A stretch of DNA of 46,957 nt from Fibrobacteria bacterium. Lineage in GTDB: Bacteria > Fibrobacterota > Fibrobacteria > UBA11236. The stretch is from contig JAYTSD010000027.1 of the NCBI GenBank assembly GCA_043745805.1, positions 1 to 46,957 on the forward strand, written 5' to 3'. Each line of letters starts with the position of its first letter. Within the stretch, counting starts at the first letter, position 1. Positions 1-9,782 of the stretch are shown piece after piece. The notes beneath the pieces were generated by a model. The model saw nothing but the letters and a program-made list of their open reading frames with translations, did not search any database and had not been told where the DNA came from. The position numbers and the translations under genes are program-made.

Positions 1-136
1 TTTGGCCATCGGTGAATCGTGATTTTTTCATAAGAACTTCCTTCATTCTATAAATGGAAATTCTACTTAATTTTTCGACCCTTTTATGGGGGGATTACAA
101 TGCGACTGGTGTTAATGCCATTTATCCTAAACCACA

Positions 137-520
137 ATGAGATACTTATTTGTTTTCATTTTATTTGTCGTAGGATGCGGTCAAAGAATTGATGTGCAAA
201 GAACGGCCATAGCTGGTCCGAATTCATCCACGGTTATTAAAGTAGAGCTCAAACGAATTTATAAAACTAAGGTTAAAGGTTCCGTTGAAATATTCAACAA
301 TAGTCCCAATGAAATTCAGTATGCCAATAGCCATCTTTTTTTACAGAATGGCAACGTACAAGTAAGAACATTTGTTGATTCTCCGAGCAGCCAATTGATT
401 GATGGACTTGGAATTAAAATTAAGGGTAAAGAAACCCTTAAATTTAAGGCGTGTTGGAACACTTCTTTCGGACGTGATCAAATTGATTCCGTCTATTTGA
501 TATTCAAGGACAGGGAGTAA
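137..520 (+). CDS. Hypothetical lipoprotein, putative immunity protein of an upstream polymorphic toxin
   Basis: Signal peptide II/lipobox (MRYLFVFILFVVG-C); ATGA overlap with an upstream short frame; lies directly before an Rhs remnant. Confidence 0.6.
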   Translation: MRYLFVFILFVVGCGQRIDVQRTAIAGPNSSTVIKVELKRIYKTKVKGSVEIFNNSPNEIQYANSHLFLQNGNVQVRTFVDSPSSQLIDGLGIKIKGKETLKFKACWNTSFGRDQIDSVYLIFKDRE

Positions 521-555
521 TCGATTTCAAGAACTCAAATTTATCTGAGCGATTT

Positions 556-1119
556 TTACTGTGGATATCACCGGATCCGATGCGTCAGCACTTTGATCTT
601 TACGGATATGGTAGTAACAATCCTATTAATAGAATTGATCCCGATGGAAATGCTGATGGCCCTGCTTTATTGGATGCGGGCTTACATGGAACTGGGGCTA
701 TTGCACTTGGTACGGGTGGTGCTGTTGTTGCACAAAAAGGGGGATTTTCAGGGTTTGCTGTAGGAATGTATACGATAATATTTGCTGGTGCTGAAATGTT
801 TACTGCTGAGAAAAATTTTATGATAGCATTATCGCAGGATCCTAAATTAGTTAATGCATCGACTTATACAAAATATCCGACGGATTTTTTGAAAGAATCC
901 GTTCCACCTGGCGTAAAGGATGTTATCGAAACTTTTGAAATGGCTTCATCGTTAAAAGGAGCTGTTGGTGGAGGGGTTGTTGATTTTGTTTCTTTTTGGC
1001 ATGATTTTTCCGCGAAATATCTAAGTACTCCTGATGAAGGACAAAATGTTGTTTCTCCAAGTATTAGACCCATTCCTACGGCTCCACCAGATGTTACTAG
1101 TAGAGTTGATAAGCCCTAA
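556..1119 (+). pseudogene. Orphan Rhs C-terminal toxin tip (hydrophobic, Gly-rich, putative membrane-acting toxin)
   Basis: The frame upstream of ATG 580 reads LLWISPDP-MRQHFDLYGYGSNNPINRIDPDG, the end of an Rhs-associated core (W-x-S-x-DP ... Y-x-Y-x-x-NNP-x-x-x-x-DP-x-G). No YD-repeat body precedes it. Confidence 0.8.
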
Positions 1120-1127
1120 GTTTATTT

Positions 1128-1286
1128 ATGAATTCTATATCGGTCTTAAAATACAGTATTATAATTCTCTATCTTACTTCGATTGGTTTTTTTTTAACTG
1201 GTAAGATATGGAGTTGTGTCGTCTATTTAATATTCGGAACTGTATTTTGGGGGTTTTATTTTTATATCAAATCGCGCAAAAAATAA
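1128..1286 (+). CDS. Small two-TM protein (52 aa), putative immunity protein of the Rhs tip
   Basis: Manual translation MNSISVLKYSIIILYLTSIGFFLTGKIWSCVVYLIFGTVFWGFYFYIKSRKK*; two hydrophobic helices and a basic C-tail; starts 8 nt after the toxin stop; below the ORF-track cutoff. Confidence 0.6.
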   Translation: MNSISVLKYSIIILYLTSIGFFLTGKIWSCVVYLIFGTVFWGFYFYIKSRKK

Positions 1287-1328
1287 CTGTTTCCGTTCGA
1301 ATTGCCATCGTAACCTGAGCCAAATAAA

Positions 1329-1391
1329 TTAGTCTTTCAGTAATCCTTTAGCATGACTAAGTACCGCTCTTTGTTTAGCAGGGGGTAACTG
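1329..1391 (-). pseudogene. Possible C-terminal remnant of a second XRE-type regulator
   Basis: QLPPAKQRAVLSHAKGLL resembles the C-terminus KLPQNEQRVVLKQIELL of the neighbouring XRE protein. Confidence 0.3.
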
Positions 1392-1563
1392 TCCCCGTCC
1401 GAAATAATATAATACTTCGAACTGAATTAAACTGGTCCGCCAAACAGTGCTAATTCGGCTGATTCCCGCGCAATCACTGTGCATCGGAGAACCCAAAATC
1501 ATCATAGCCGGTGCGATGGACATAGCGTAACCTATAAGTAACCATCTATTTTTTGTAGGGCAC

Positions 1564-1917
1564 TTACTTCCTCTTAGTCTCCAAACTCAATAACTCTATT
1601 TGCTTCAACACCACTCTTTGCTCATTTTGCGGCAGCTTATTAAATAGCTCCTGCACTTTGGCGGTTCTGGTGTTCTTATGCAGCTTAGGCATAGCCTTCT
1701 CCCCCTTAGCCGCTTCTCCATAAAGCTCTTCCACGCCCACCCCTAAAATCTTGGCGATAAGCGGTATCTTTTCCGCTTCTACTTTGCGGACGCCGTTTTC
1801 ATAATGGGCATAAGCAGACTGCGTAACCCCTAATTTTTTTGCAACGTCCGTTTGGGTTAAGCCATTGGCTTTTCGACACTTTAACCTGCGCGTGGCTTCG
1901 CGTTTGCAAGCAAACAT
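1564..1917 (-). CDS. XRE/Cro-like HTH transcriptional regulator (N-terminus possibly degenerate)
   Basis: RKANGLTQTDVAKKLGVTQSAYAHYENGVRK HTH_3 pattern. Confidence 0.85.
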   Translation of the reverse strand: MFACKREATRRLKCRKANGLTQTDVAKKLGVTQSAYAHYENGVRKVEAEKIPLIAKILGVGVEELYGEAAKGEKAMPKLHKNTRTAKVQELFNKLPQNEQRVVLKQIELLSLETKRK

Positions 1918-1926
1918 GAAAATAAA

Positions 1927-2202
1927 TCAATCGAATAAATCGCTATGGGTTCCGGTACGAACAAACACAAGGCATTTACGTGCCTCATCCTTCAAATAAA
2001 TCAAAAGCCAATCTGGTCGAATATGGCATTCGCCAAAACCTTCATACTCTCCTTTGAGTACATGGTCTCTATGTTTTGCAGCTAATGGCAAATCTTGAAG
2101 AAGCTTTTTCATAACGGCTTCTATCTCTCTTGGAGGAAGGCCTCGCTTATTACAAAGCTTATAATCTTTTTTGAACTGCTTGGTATATTCTGGCGTCCAC
2201 AT
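1927..2202 (-). CDS. yafQ: Type II TA toxin, YafQ family mRNA interferase
   Basis: FKKDYK, DHVLKG, ECHIRPDWLLIY and RTGTHSDLF signature motifs. Confidence 0.93.
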   Translation of the reverse strand: MWTPEYTKQFKKDYKLCNKRGLPPREIEAVMKKLLQDLPLAAKHRDHVLKGEYEGFGECHIRPDWLLIYLKDEARKCLVFVRTGTHSDLFD

Positions 2203-2462
2203 CAGTTGGATAGGCTACGAAATAGATCCTCTGTGCTTTTCAATCCTTTAACAGTTTGGCCAGCTTGAGCTTCTTTCATGGCTTTGCGAGTGGTGGTATT
2301 AGGTACTCTTACTTCAAAAGGGAGGCCGCGGCTTAAAAGAACTTGTTTATAAAAAATATTGATGGCAGAGGTGGCATTGAGGCCAAGCTTATCGAAAATA
2401 AGTTCAACTTTCTCTTTGAGATTGGAGTCGGTTCGAGCCCTTATCATAGCAGTTTTAGACAT
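2202..2462 (-). CDS. dinJ: Type II TA antitoxin, RelB/DinJ family
   Basis: MSKTAMIRARTD...LGL...AINIF...GLPFEV-x-x-PN; GGAGG RBS supports the start at 2462; overlaps the yafQ start. Confidence 0.92.
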   Translation of the reverse strand: MSKTAMIRARTDSNLKEKVELIFDKLGLNATSAINIFYKQVLLSRGLPFEVRVPNTTTRKAMKEAQAGQTVKGLKSTEDLFRSLSN

Positions 2463-2489
2463 TAATGTGCCTCCTGAGTTATAAAGGAT

Positions 2490-2518
2490 AATATACCCCA
2501 TTTGGGATACATTGTCAA
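2490..2518 (-). promoter_or_regulatory. Sigma70 promoter of dinJ-yafQ with operator-like palindrome
   Basis: Minus strand TTGACA (2518-2513), 17 bp, TATATT (2495-2490); imperfect inverted repeat aatatacccca-tt-tgggatacatt overlaps the spacer. Confidence 0.8.
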
Positions 2519-2577
2519 TTTGGTTTTGAGGGTTTGGGTAGTTGATTTATACCCTAAAACGGTAATATCTTTAGTCC

Positions 2578-2805
2578 ATGCTTAAGCAAAATTCTTTATA
2601 TTTTGCAAATGGGTTACTTTATAATTACCGTGAAGCAGGCAATTTTGTTTGGGGAGCGGGAATGAACCTAATAGGAATTCCATACAGCTTGGCTTGGGCG
2701 GGAGGTCAATATTATTCAATAAAAAATACGGGTCATGAGGATGAAGACTATGAAGTTAAGGCGTACACTAATGGATACAATTACATGAATGGTGAAAGGC
2801 ATTAA
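2578..2805 (+). pseudogene. C-terminal fragment of a polymorphic toxin, Ntox44-like RNase domain
   Basis: AGNFVWGAGM...G...AGGQ...DEDYE...GY resembles the polymorphic toxin 44 pattern; short, with no delivery domain; TAATG-coupled to the next gene. Confidence 0.6.
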
Positions 2806-3401
2806 TGAATATTCTTGGTAATTTCGTGATAATTTTTTTTGTAATATTAATGGAAAATGTTTTTTCAGAAATAGTCGTTACTCAAAAATTAGAGTCCCAA
2901 AACAATAAATATACTGCGTATCGATATTTTGAGACTATAGGAAATTCTAGGGGGGATATTCAAATTGCAGTTGTAAAAAAAGGACAATCGTTGCCAATGT
3001 TGGGAAATGTTGTTGTTCAAGCCCTTGATTTTTCTTTGAATAAATGGAGCGAAGATACTCTTTTTGTTTCAATTGCTCCAAAGTTCACACCAAAAGAAGT
3101 TTTTGGAAATGTTGATGGAGTTAAATTTTTTTATTCACAGGTTTTCACTAAAGTGATTAATTTTGGTTCTCGTAATCAGCTCGAGAAGATTGAGAGTATT
3201 TATTTTTATCCAAATTTTTTTCAAATCCTTAAAACCGGATTTCATACTTTTGTTCTTCCTAAAAAGACAATAGTAAGCACTACAAATAAAAACATTATAT
3301 TTGCTAATGATACTACGTTTAGCGGATTTGATTTTCATGGCGTCGCAATCAATAAAAAAATTATTTACCGAGGTTTAATTAGGAGCGGGTATTGGTATTA
3401 A
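2805..3401 (+). CDS. Hypothetical exported protein, putative immunity protein
   Basis: N-terminal signal-like hydrophobic stretch, low GC, translationally coupled to the toxin fragment. Confidence 0.55.
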   Translation: MNILGNFVIIFFVILMENVFSEIVVTQKLESQNNKYTAYRYFETIGNSRGDIQIAVVKKGQSLPMLGNVVVQALDFSLNKWSEDTLFVSIAPKFTPKEVFGNVDGVKFFYSQVFTKVINFGSRNQLEKIESIYFYPNFFQILKTGFHTFVLPKKTIVSTTNKNIIFANDTTFSGFDFHGVAINKKIIYRGLIRSGYWY

Positions 3402-3681
3402 CGGTATTTTTTTGTAAAACGCTATCTTGCGCAAAGCCTTGTAATCCCCAATAAAAGAGCTCAGAATTTAAGTAGAATTTCCACTTCAAGAAAAAAGGTC
3501 GCCCCGATGAGAAACATCCCGTGCCTTTTTACGAGCGCTTTGAACTTCCCCCGCTATAGTAGACCTTTACCCTTGCTGCATTGATAATAAAATTATTTCA
3601 AAATAAAATTTAGCCAATAAGTCATACTTGTTTTTTGCAAGAGTTTACGCTTATACCTTGCAATAGGTTTTTTATTTAAAG

Positions 3682-5328
3682 TTATTCGGGATTTCGCTCC
3701 CAATCCGAAATGGTATCCAAAATACCTTGCCCATTTTTCGCTCTTTGTAATTTTTTTCGTAGCGCTGCATTTTGAATGAGACGGCTAGCAATAGACAGCA
3801 ATTGTAAATGGGATTTATGTCCATCCTTTGGTGAGAGTAGTAAAAAAACCACTTCAATTGGAGTTTGCGTATTTGCATCTAAAATGCCATGTCGACATAA
3901 GCCAAAGGCCACCAAAGGCTTTTTCAAATTTTCAATGCGGGCATGTGGTAAAGCAATGCCTTCATTTAAAAAAGTAGATCCCTGTTTTTCGCGTTCCAAT
4001 ATCTTGGTAATCACTGCATGTGTTTCCAGCTCAATATTTTGAGAGATTAAAGTTTGGGTCAATTCGGAAATGGCTTGTTCTTTACTGAGTGGATAATCCC
4101 AAATCACAATACTATTTACTGGAAGTATTTCATTCAGTTGAATCTGTCCTGGGGCTCTTGAGGAGGCTAATGTGGGAGCGAGTTCAATTTCCTTTATTGG
4201 CTTGGTAAATAAAGTATCTACGACCATGAGAATAAGCCCTTGTCCCTCATTGAGTAATCTTTCGGCAACCGAATTTTTGCGTAACCAGATTTTCCACCAA
4301 GGTTTCGGTCTTGGTTTGCCGATAATAATGTAACCCGCATGATACTCTTTGGCAAAGCGCAATAATGTATCGACAATATCTTCGCCTTTAAAAGTGAATA
4401 CCGTAGCCCCTAATTGATTGGCTAGTGCCAGCATGTCGGCCATTAATCTCTGCTGCATCGCATCACCAAGTACTGGGTCATGGGCTAAAGTTTGCACATG
4501 CACGGCATACCAATTGCGATTTAAGCGGCCCGCTAAGCGTGAACCATGGCGTAACAAAGCTGCATTTTCCGGCCCGCGCTCATTCAAGCAAACCATAACC
4601 TGATCTGTATGCCCCAAGTTTTTTTCCAAAGTCGTTTCTCGGCGTTTCGAGTCGATTTGCGCGGCGAGTTCACGCAAAGTTAATTCTCGTAATTGCTCTA
4701 ATTGAGAAAGGCGAAAGAAATTTGCCAAAGCCGTTGGTACACGGTCCATAGGATAAATTTTCCCGCTCTGCAATCGTTTTTGTAAATCTTCTGGGGAAAC
4801 ATCTACGTTAACAATTTGATCGGCGTCGGCCAGCACAGAATCGGGTATACGCTCGCGCACTTTGACATGGGTGGCTTGTTCTACCGTATCATAGAGACTT
4901 TCTAAATGCTGAACATTGAGTGTGGAAATAACATTGATACCTGCGGCAAGTAGATCTTGTACATCTTGATAACGCTTGGCATTTCGGCTACCGGGTACTG
5001 TGGTATGCGCTAATTCATCGACCAATACAACTTTAGGTTGACGTGACAAAATAGCTTGCACATCCATTTCTTCCATAAGGGTGCCGCGATAGGATATTTG
5101 TTGTAGGGGAATTTGCTCTAACCCTTTTACTAAGATCGATGTGCCCGCTCGTCCATGCGTTTCCACGACCCCAATCACAACATCTTCGCCTTCTTCATGG
5201 AGGCGCTGACCTTCTTGCAACATTTGGCAGGTTTTCCCAACGCCCGCTACATAACCTAAATACACTTTAAGCCGTCCGCGTCTATCGCGGCGAATCATTT
5301 GGAGAAAGGAGCTTGCTTTATCGGTCAT
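3682..5328 (-). CDS. kdpD: Kinase-less KdpD variant: KdpD N-terminal domain + USP + PTS EIIA (PtsN/fructose-type) domain
   Basis: RGRLKVYLGYVAGVGKT, VLVDELAH, STLNVQHLES (KdpD-N); USP region; C-terminal REKQGSTFLNEGIALPHAR...HLQLLS (EIIA with phospho-His). No TM, HisKA or HATPase domain. Confidence 0.9.
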   Translation of the reverse strand: MTDKASSFLQMIRRDRRGRLKVYLGYVAGVGKTCQMLQEGQRLHEEGEDVVIGVVETHGRAGTSILVKGLEQIPLQQISYRGTLMEEMDVQAILSRQPKVVLVDELAHTTVPGSRNAKRYQDVQDLLAAGINVISTLNVQHLESLYDTVEQATHVKVRERIPDSVLADADQIVNVDVSPEDLQKRLQSGKIYPMDRVPTALANFFRLSQLEQLRELTLRELAAQIDSKRRETTLEKNLGHTDQVMVCLNERGPENAALLRHGSRLAGRLNRNWYAVHVQTLAHDPVLGDAMQQRLMADMLALANQLGATVFTFKGEDIVDTLLRFAKEYHAGYIIIGKPRPKPWWKIWLRKNSVAERLLNEGQGLILMVVDTLFTKPIKEIELAPTLASSRAPGQIQLNEILPVNSIVIWDYPLSKEQAISELTQTLISQNIELETHAVITKILEREKQGSTFLNEGIALPHARIENLKKPLVAFGLCRHGILDANTQTPIEVVFLLLSPKDGHKSHLQLLSIASRLIQNAALRKKLQRAKNGQGILDTISDWERNPE

Positions 5329-5343
5329 ACTAATCGGGATGAT

Positions 5344-5934
5344 TTACTTTAAGTTATCCAAAGCCAAGTTTAATTTTAGCACATTCACGCCGGGTTCACC
5401 TAGAAAACCTAAATCGCGACCACGGATATGGATATTAACTAAAGCCTGTAACTTTATAATGTCAAGGTTACGTGCTTTGGCTACATGATAAACTTGTAGG
5501 AAAGCATTATCCGGACTAATCTCTGGATCTAAACCGCTCGCTGAAGCCGTCACAGCATCTGCGGGGATTTCCGTATTTCCCTGCAAACCATTTTCCTCAC
5601 GATAGCGTGAGGCGCGTGCTTTTAAAGTATCCATTAAAATTTGTGACGTTTGCCCTAAATTGCTTCCGCCCGAACTGGTGGCATCATAGCCTCCACCTGC
5701 CAAGGAATAACGCGGATGAAAATATTTAGTGGAAGTAAAACCTTGCGCCAATAAAGCCGAACCGATAGCTTGACCTCGATCATTGTGGATTAAAGATCCT
5801 TGCGCTTGACTTGGAAAAATAGTTTTAGACAAACCCCAAACTATTAGGGGATAAATACCGCTCACAAGAATTAGTAATAGCGAGGCAGTTAGTAAGGAAA
5901 CTTTAAGTTCATTCCAAAAATTAATCTTATACAT
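5344..5934 (-). CDS. kdpC: K+-transporting ATPase subunit C
   Basis: SGGSNLG, IPADAVTASASGLDPEIS and VNVLKLNLALD motifs. Confidence 0.97.
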   Translation of the reverse strand: MYKINFWNELKVSLLTASLLLILVSGIYPLIVWGLSKTIFPSQAQGSLIHNDRGQAIGSALLAQGFTSTKYFHPRYSLAGGGYDATSSGGSNLGQTSQILMDTLKARASRYREENGLQGNTEIPADAVTASASGLDPEISPDNAFLQVYHVAKARNLDIIKLQALVNIHIRGRDLGFLGEPGVNVLKLNLALDNLK

Positions 5935-5935
5935 A

Positions 5936-7960
5936 TTAAGCCCATCCTAAAACATTAATAACTTTATCAATGATTTTAATGCCAATAAAAGGACTGATAA
6001 TTCCTCCCATACCATAGATGAGAAGATTGCGACGCAATATAGCACCTGCACCTAAAGCCCTAAATTTTACTCCACGCAAGGCCAGTGGAATCAATAACAC
6101 AATAATAATGGCATTGAAAATCACCGCGCTTAAAATAGCGCTTTGCGGGGAAGCCAAGCGCATAACATTCAAAGGAGCGATGATGGGAAATGTTCCCATC
6201 AAAAGCGCAGGAATGATGGCAAAATATTTAGCGACATCGTTGGCGATGCTAAAGGTAGTGAGGACGCCACGCGTGATCAAAAGCTGTTTTCCAATTTCGA
6301 CTATTTCGATCAATTTCGTGGGATTGGAATCCAGATCAACTAAGTTACCCGCTTCCTTAGCGGCTTGCGTACCGGAATTCATAGCCACGCCCACATCGGC
6401 TTGCGCTAATGCTGGCGCATCATTGGTTCCATCGCCTGTCATGGCCACCAAGCGGCCACCGGCTTGTTCTTTACGAATCAAGGCCAATTTATCTTCTGGA
6501 GTCGCTTGTGCCAGAAAATCATCTAAGCCAGCTTCCTTAGCAATTGCTGCGGCCGTTAGGGGATTATCGCCGGTAATCATGATGGTGCGAATGCCCATAG
6601 AACGAAAACGTCGGAAACGATCGGGAAGCCCACCTTTCACAATATCTTTGAGATAAATGGCTCCGAGTACTCGTAACTCATCGGCTACTAGCAAGGGTGT
6701 ACCACCCGCACGAGAAATACGTTCTACTTCTTGATGAACTTCTACTGGACAGGTTCCCTTGGCATATTTAAAAATAGAATCTGCCGCACCTTTGCGTATG
6801 GAGCGACCTTCCCAATTTAAACCGCTCATACGGGTTTGCGCCGTGAAAGGAACAAATTCGGCATTAGGATAATCGTGTATGGTGCGTTCTCGTAATCCAA
6901 ACTCTTTAGCTAGAACCACAATGCTACGTCCCTCAGGTGTTTCGTCTGCTAATGACGCTAATTGGGCTGCATCCGCTAGTTCCTGCGGAGTTACCCCAGG
7001 CGCGGGAATAAATTCCACCGCTTGGCGATTGCCCAAGGTGATAGTGCCGGTTTTATCAAGCAATAGCACGTCCACATCGCCTGCTGCTTCAATAGCGCGA
7101 CCGCTCATGGCCAAAACATTTTTTTGCAAGAGTCTATCCATACCCGCAATGCCAATGGCGCTGAGCAAGCCGCCGATGGTAGTGGGAATAAGACAAACAA
7201 ATAAGGAAACCAAAACGGTTACGGAAAAAAATATGCCGGCATAATTACCCAAGGGCCGCAAGGTGAGTACCACGATGAGGAAAATAATGGTCATACCCGA
7301 TAGCAAAATGGAAAGGGCAATTTCATTGGGTGTCTTTTGTCTTTTGGCGCCTTCCACCAAACCGATCATTCGATCTAAAAAGCTTTCCCCAGCCCCTGCG
7401 GTCACGCGCAATTTGATAGAGTCGGAAAGCACCCGTGTCCCGCCGGTTACGGCGCTTCTGTCGCCTCCCGCTTCGCGAATAACGGGAGCCGATTCACCAG
7501 TGATAGCGCTCTCATCTACTGTGGCTGCGCCTTCTATGATTTCTCCATCCGCAGGAATAATTTCTCCAGCTATTACTAAGACTAAATCGCCTTTGGATAA
7601 TTCTTCGGCGGAAACTGTGCGTGGATGGCCTTGATTATCCAGACGAGTCGCATTGGTTTTTGTACGAGAGTTACGCAGGGTATTGGCTTGCGCTTTACCA
7701 CGGCCTTCAGCAATGGCTTCCGCAAAGTTGGCGAAAAGCACGGTGAACCAAAGCCAAAGGCTGATTTGGATAACAAAACCAATGCTTTCATGATTATGCT
7801 TGAGAAAAAATATTTGTGCCGTGGTTAGGAATGCGCCCACTTCGGTGACGAAGATAACGGGATTCTTTATCAAATGTTTGGGATGTAATTTTTTTATCGC
7901 CTCCCCAATTGCGGGGAACACTATTTTACTGTCGAATAAGGAATTGTCTTTGGATTTCAT
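5936..7960 (-). CDS. kdpB: K+-transporting P-type ATPase subunit B
   Basis: TGES, DKTGT and [10 protein letters not shown] motifs; position within kdp. Confidence 0.98.
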   Translation of the reverse strand: MKSKDNSLFDSKIVFPAIGEAIKKLHPKHLIKNPVIFVTEVGAFLTTAQIFFLKHNHESIGFVIQISLWLWFTVLFANFAEAIAEGRGKAQANTLRNSRTKTNATRLDNQGHPRTVSAEELSKGDLVLVIAGEIIPADGEIIEGAATVDESAITGESAPVIREAGGDRSAVTGGTRVLSDSIKLRVTAGAGESFLDRMIGLVEGAKRQKTPNEIALSILLSGMTIIFLIVVLTLRPLGNYAGIFFSVTVLVSLFVCLIPTTIGGLLSAIGIAGMDRLLQKNVLAMSGRAIEAAGDVDVLLLDKTGTITLGNRQAVEFIPAPGVTPQELADAAQLASLADETPEGRSIVVLAKEFGLRERTIHDYPNAEFVPFTAQTRMSGLNWEGRSIRKGAADSIFKYAKGTCPVEVHQEVERISRAGGTPLLVADELRVLGAIYLKDIVKGGLPDRFRRFRSMGIRTIMITGDNPLTAAAIAKEAGLDDFLAQATPEDKLALIRKEQAGGRLVAMTGDGTNDAPALAQADVGVAMNSGTQAAKEAGNLVDLDSNPTKLIEIVEIGKQLLITRGVLTTFSIANDVAKYFAIIPALLMGTFPIIAPLNVMRLASPQSAILSAVIFNAIIIVLLIPLALRGVKFRALGAGAILRRNLLIYGMGGIISPFIGIKIIDKVINVLGWA

Positions 7961-7976
7961 ATAGCCTCAATAATCT

Positions 7977-9689
7977 TTAAAAAAATTTTCCGGTGTGCAT
8001 CATGAAATGTTCTAGAATCGGGCCCATAGCTAATGCAGGCAAAAAAGTTAAACCCCCTACAATCACTATGGTGCCCATCAGCAGTAATGTGAAGGTTACT
8101 CCTGACACAGGAAAAGAGCCCACGTTTTCGCTGGAGATTTTTTTACCGACTAAATTTCCGGCTAAAGCCATCACTGGAATAATCATCCAAAATCGACCAA
8201 TGAGTATGGCGAATCCTAATGCTGTATCCCACCAAGGGTTGTTGGCCCCAAGACCTGCAAAAGCGCTGCCATTATTGCCCGTAGCCGAGCTAAAGGCATA
8301 GAGTATTTCACTAAAGCCATGCGGCCCAGCATTATTCAAAGTGGCTAAAGCAGTTTTACTTACCGTTGCGAAGGCAGATAAACCTAAAATGGAAAACGCA
8401 CCCACTAAACTGTATAGCACGGCAATTTTTACATCATAGCCTTCGATTTTTTTACCGAGATATTCCGGTGTTCTTCCAACCATTAATCCCGCGATAAAAA
8501 CGGAGAGGACAATGAAAATGATTATGGCATAAAGCCCTGCGCCCACACCGCCGAAAATGAGTTCGCCCAATTGAATATTGAGTAAAGGGACTAAACCGCC
8601 GAGGGGAGTGAAAGAATCATGCATAGCATTCACGGCTCCGCAAGAAGCATCAGTGGTAATCGTGGCGAATAAGGCGGAATTAAAAATTCCAAAGCGAGTT
8701 TCCTTACCCTCCATGTTACCGTCACTTAGACGGATGCCCATGTCGTGCAAGAGGTGATTGGGATGGGTTTCGGACCACCAGCAAATCAAGGTTCCCGCAA
8801 GGAATAAAATCAGCATAGCCGACCAAACCGACCAACCATGTTTTTGGTTTTTTACCATGCGCCCCAAGTAATAGGTTAATGCGCTGCCGATGGAAAAGAT
8901 GGAAAGCATTTGTACGAAGTTGCTGAGCGGCGTGGCATTTTCAAAAGGATGTGCGGCATTGGCATTCATAAAGCCGCCGCCATTAGTGCCCAGCATTTTA
9001 ATGGCTAATTGCGAAGCTACCGGCCCTTGGGCAATGGTTTGGGAAAAACCATCGGGTCCAGTAACGGCTGTGTAACTGGAAAAATTTTGAATACTGCCTT
9101 GCGAAACTAAAAAGAGAGCATATATCAAACATATGGGCAAGAATAAATATAGGGTGAGGCGGATTAAATCGACCCAAAAATTTCCCAAGGTTTTCGCATT
9201 ACCCCGCGCGATACTCCTAACCAAAGCGGCAGCAATGGCGATGCCCACGGCAGCGGAGAAAAAATTATGGCTGGCCAAGCCCACCATTTGCGAGAAATAA
9301 GAACAAGTGGCTTCTCCCGTATAGCTTTGCCAATTGGTATTGGTGGTGAAGCTGACGGCAGTATTGAAAGCCAAATGCGGGCTAAAACCAAGGAAATGCT
9401 GAGGGTTGAGAGGAAGATAATATTGCAGCCGCAAAACGGCATAGGTAAACAGACAGGTTACTAGGCTGAAAACGAGCATGGATACTGTGTATTGCAACCA
9501 ATCCTGCTCTTTATCGGGTGTCACTTTGCCAACCCGATAAATCGATTTTTCCAACCCGCCTAAAATGGGATGCAGAAAAGTTTTTTCTTGCGGATTTAAA
9601 ATTTGGAAAAGAAATATCCCTAAAGGTTTAGTGATAAGAAAAAGTAAAAACACAAAAAGTGCAAGTTGTAACCCATCGATAGCATGCAT
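7977..9689 (-). CDS. kdpA: K+-transporting ATPase subunit A
   Basis: FTTNTNWQSY, LGTNGGG, SCGAVN and NNGSAFAGL selectivity-filter motifs. Confidence 0.98.
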   Translation of the reverse strand: MHAIDGLQLALFVFLLFLITKPLGIFLFQILNPQEKTFLHPILGGLEKSIYRVGKVTPDKEQDWLQYTVSMLVFSLVTCLFTYAVLRLQYYLPLNPQHFLGFSPHLAFNTAVSFTTNTNWQSYTGEATCSYFSQMVGLASHNFFSAAVGIAIAAALVRSIARGNAKTLGNFWVDLIRLTLYLFLPICLIYALFLVSQGSIQNFSSYTAVTGPDGFSQTIAQGPVASQLAIKMLGTNGGGFMNANAAHPFENATPLSNFVQMLSIFSIGSALTYYLGRMVKNQKHGWSVWSAMLILFLAGTLICWWSETHPNHLLHDMGIRLSDGNMEGKETRFGIFNSALFATITTDASCGAVNAMHDSFTPLGGLVPLLNIQLGELIFGGVGAGLYAIIIFIVLSVFIAGLMVGRTPEYLGKKIEGYDVKIAVLYSLVGAFSILGLSAFATVSKTALATLNNAGPHGFSEILYAFSSATGNNGSAFAGLGANNPWWDTALGFAILIGRFWMIIPVMALAGNLVGKKISSENVGSFPVSGVTFTLLLMGTIVIVGGLTFLPALAMGPILEHFMMHTGKFF

Positions 9690-9698
9690 AATAATCTC

Positions 9699-9782
9699 CT
9701 AAAAGCGATCGGGACGGAATAATGTGTAAAAGAGATAGCCTAATAGAGCTAAGCCTATGATTCCCATTAATAAATTTTCCAT
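9699..9782 (-). CDS. kdpF: K+-transporting ATPase subunit F (27 aa)
   Basis: Manual translation MENLLMGIIGLALLGYLFYTLFRPDRF*, with the typical YL-x-Y-x-L-x-x-P-[DE]-x-F end; immediately upstream of kdpA. Confidence 0.9.
   Translation of the reverse strand: MENLLMGIIGLALLGYLFYTLFRPDRF

Noticed and set aside
54-140. 28-aa frame ending in an ATGA overlap with the lipoprotein gene, possibly the tail of a broken toxin
   Set aside because: Too short, preceded by an in-frame stop and at the window edge; cannot be supported.
1395-1420. LYYFG on the minus strand resembling the Rhs core motif LYYFGARYY
   Set aside because: Only five residues match and the orientation is opposite to the other Rhs remnant.
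1875-1920. TTAACCTGCGCGTGGCTTCGCG resembling half of an integron attC site beside the TA pair
   Set aside because: No complementary arm or paired R-box could be found, and there is no integrase or second site in the window.
6018-7634. Long plus-strand ORFs antisense to kdpB (similarly 20170-20997 and 44759-45268)
   Set aside because: Shadow frames of well-conserved genes, with no motifs or RBS.
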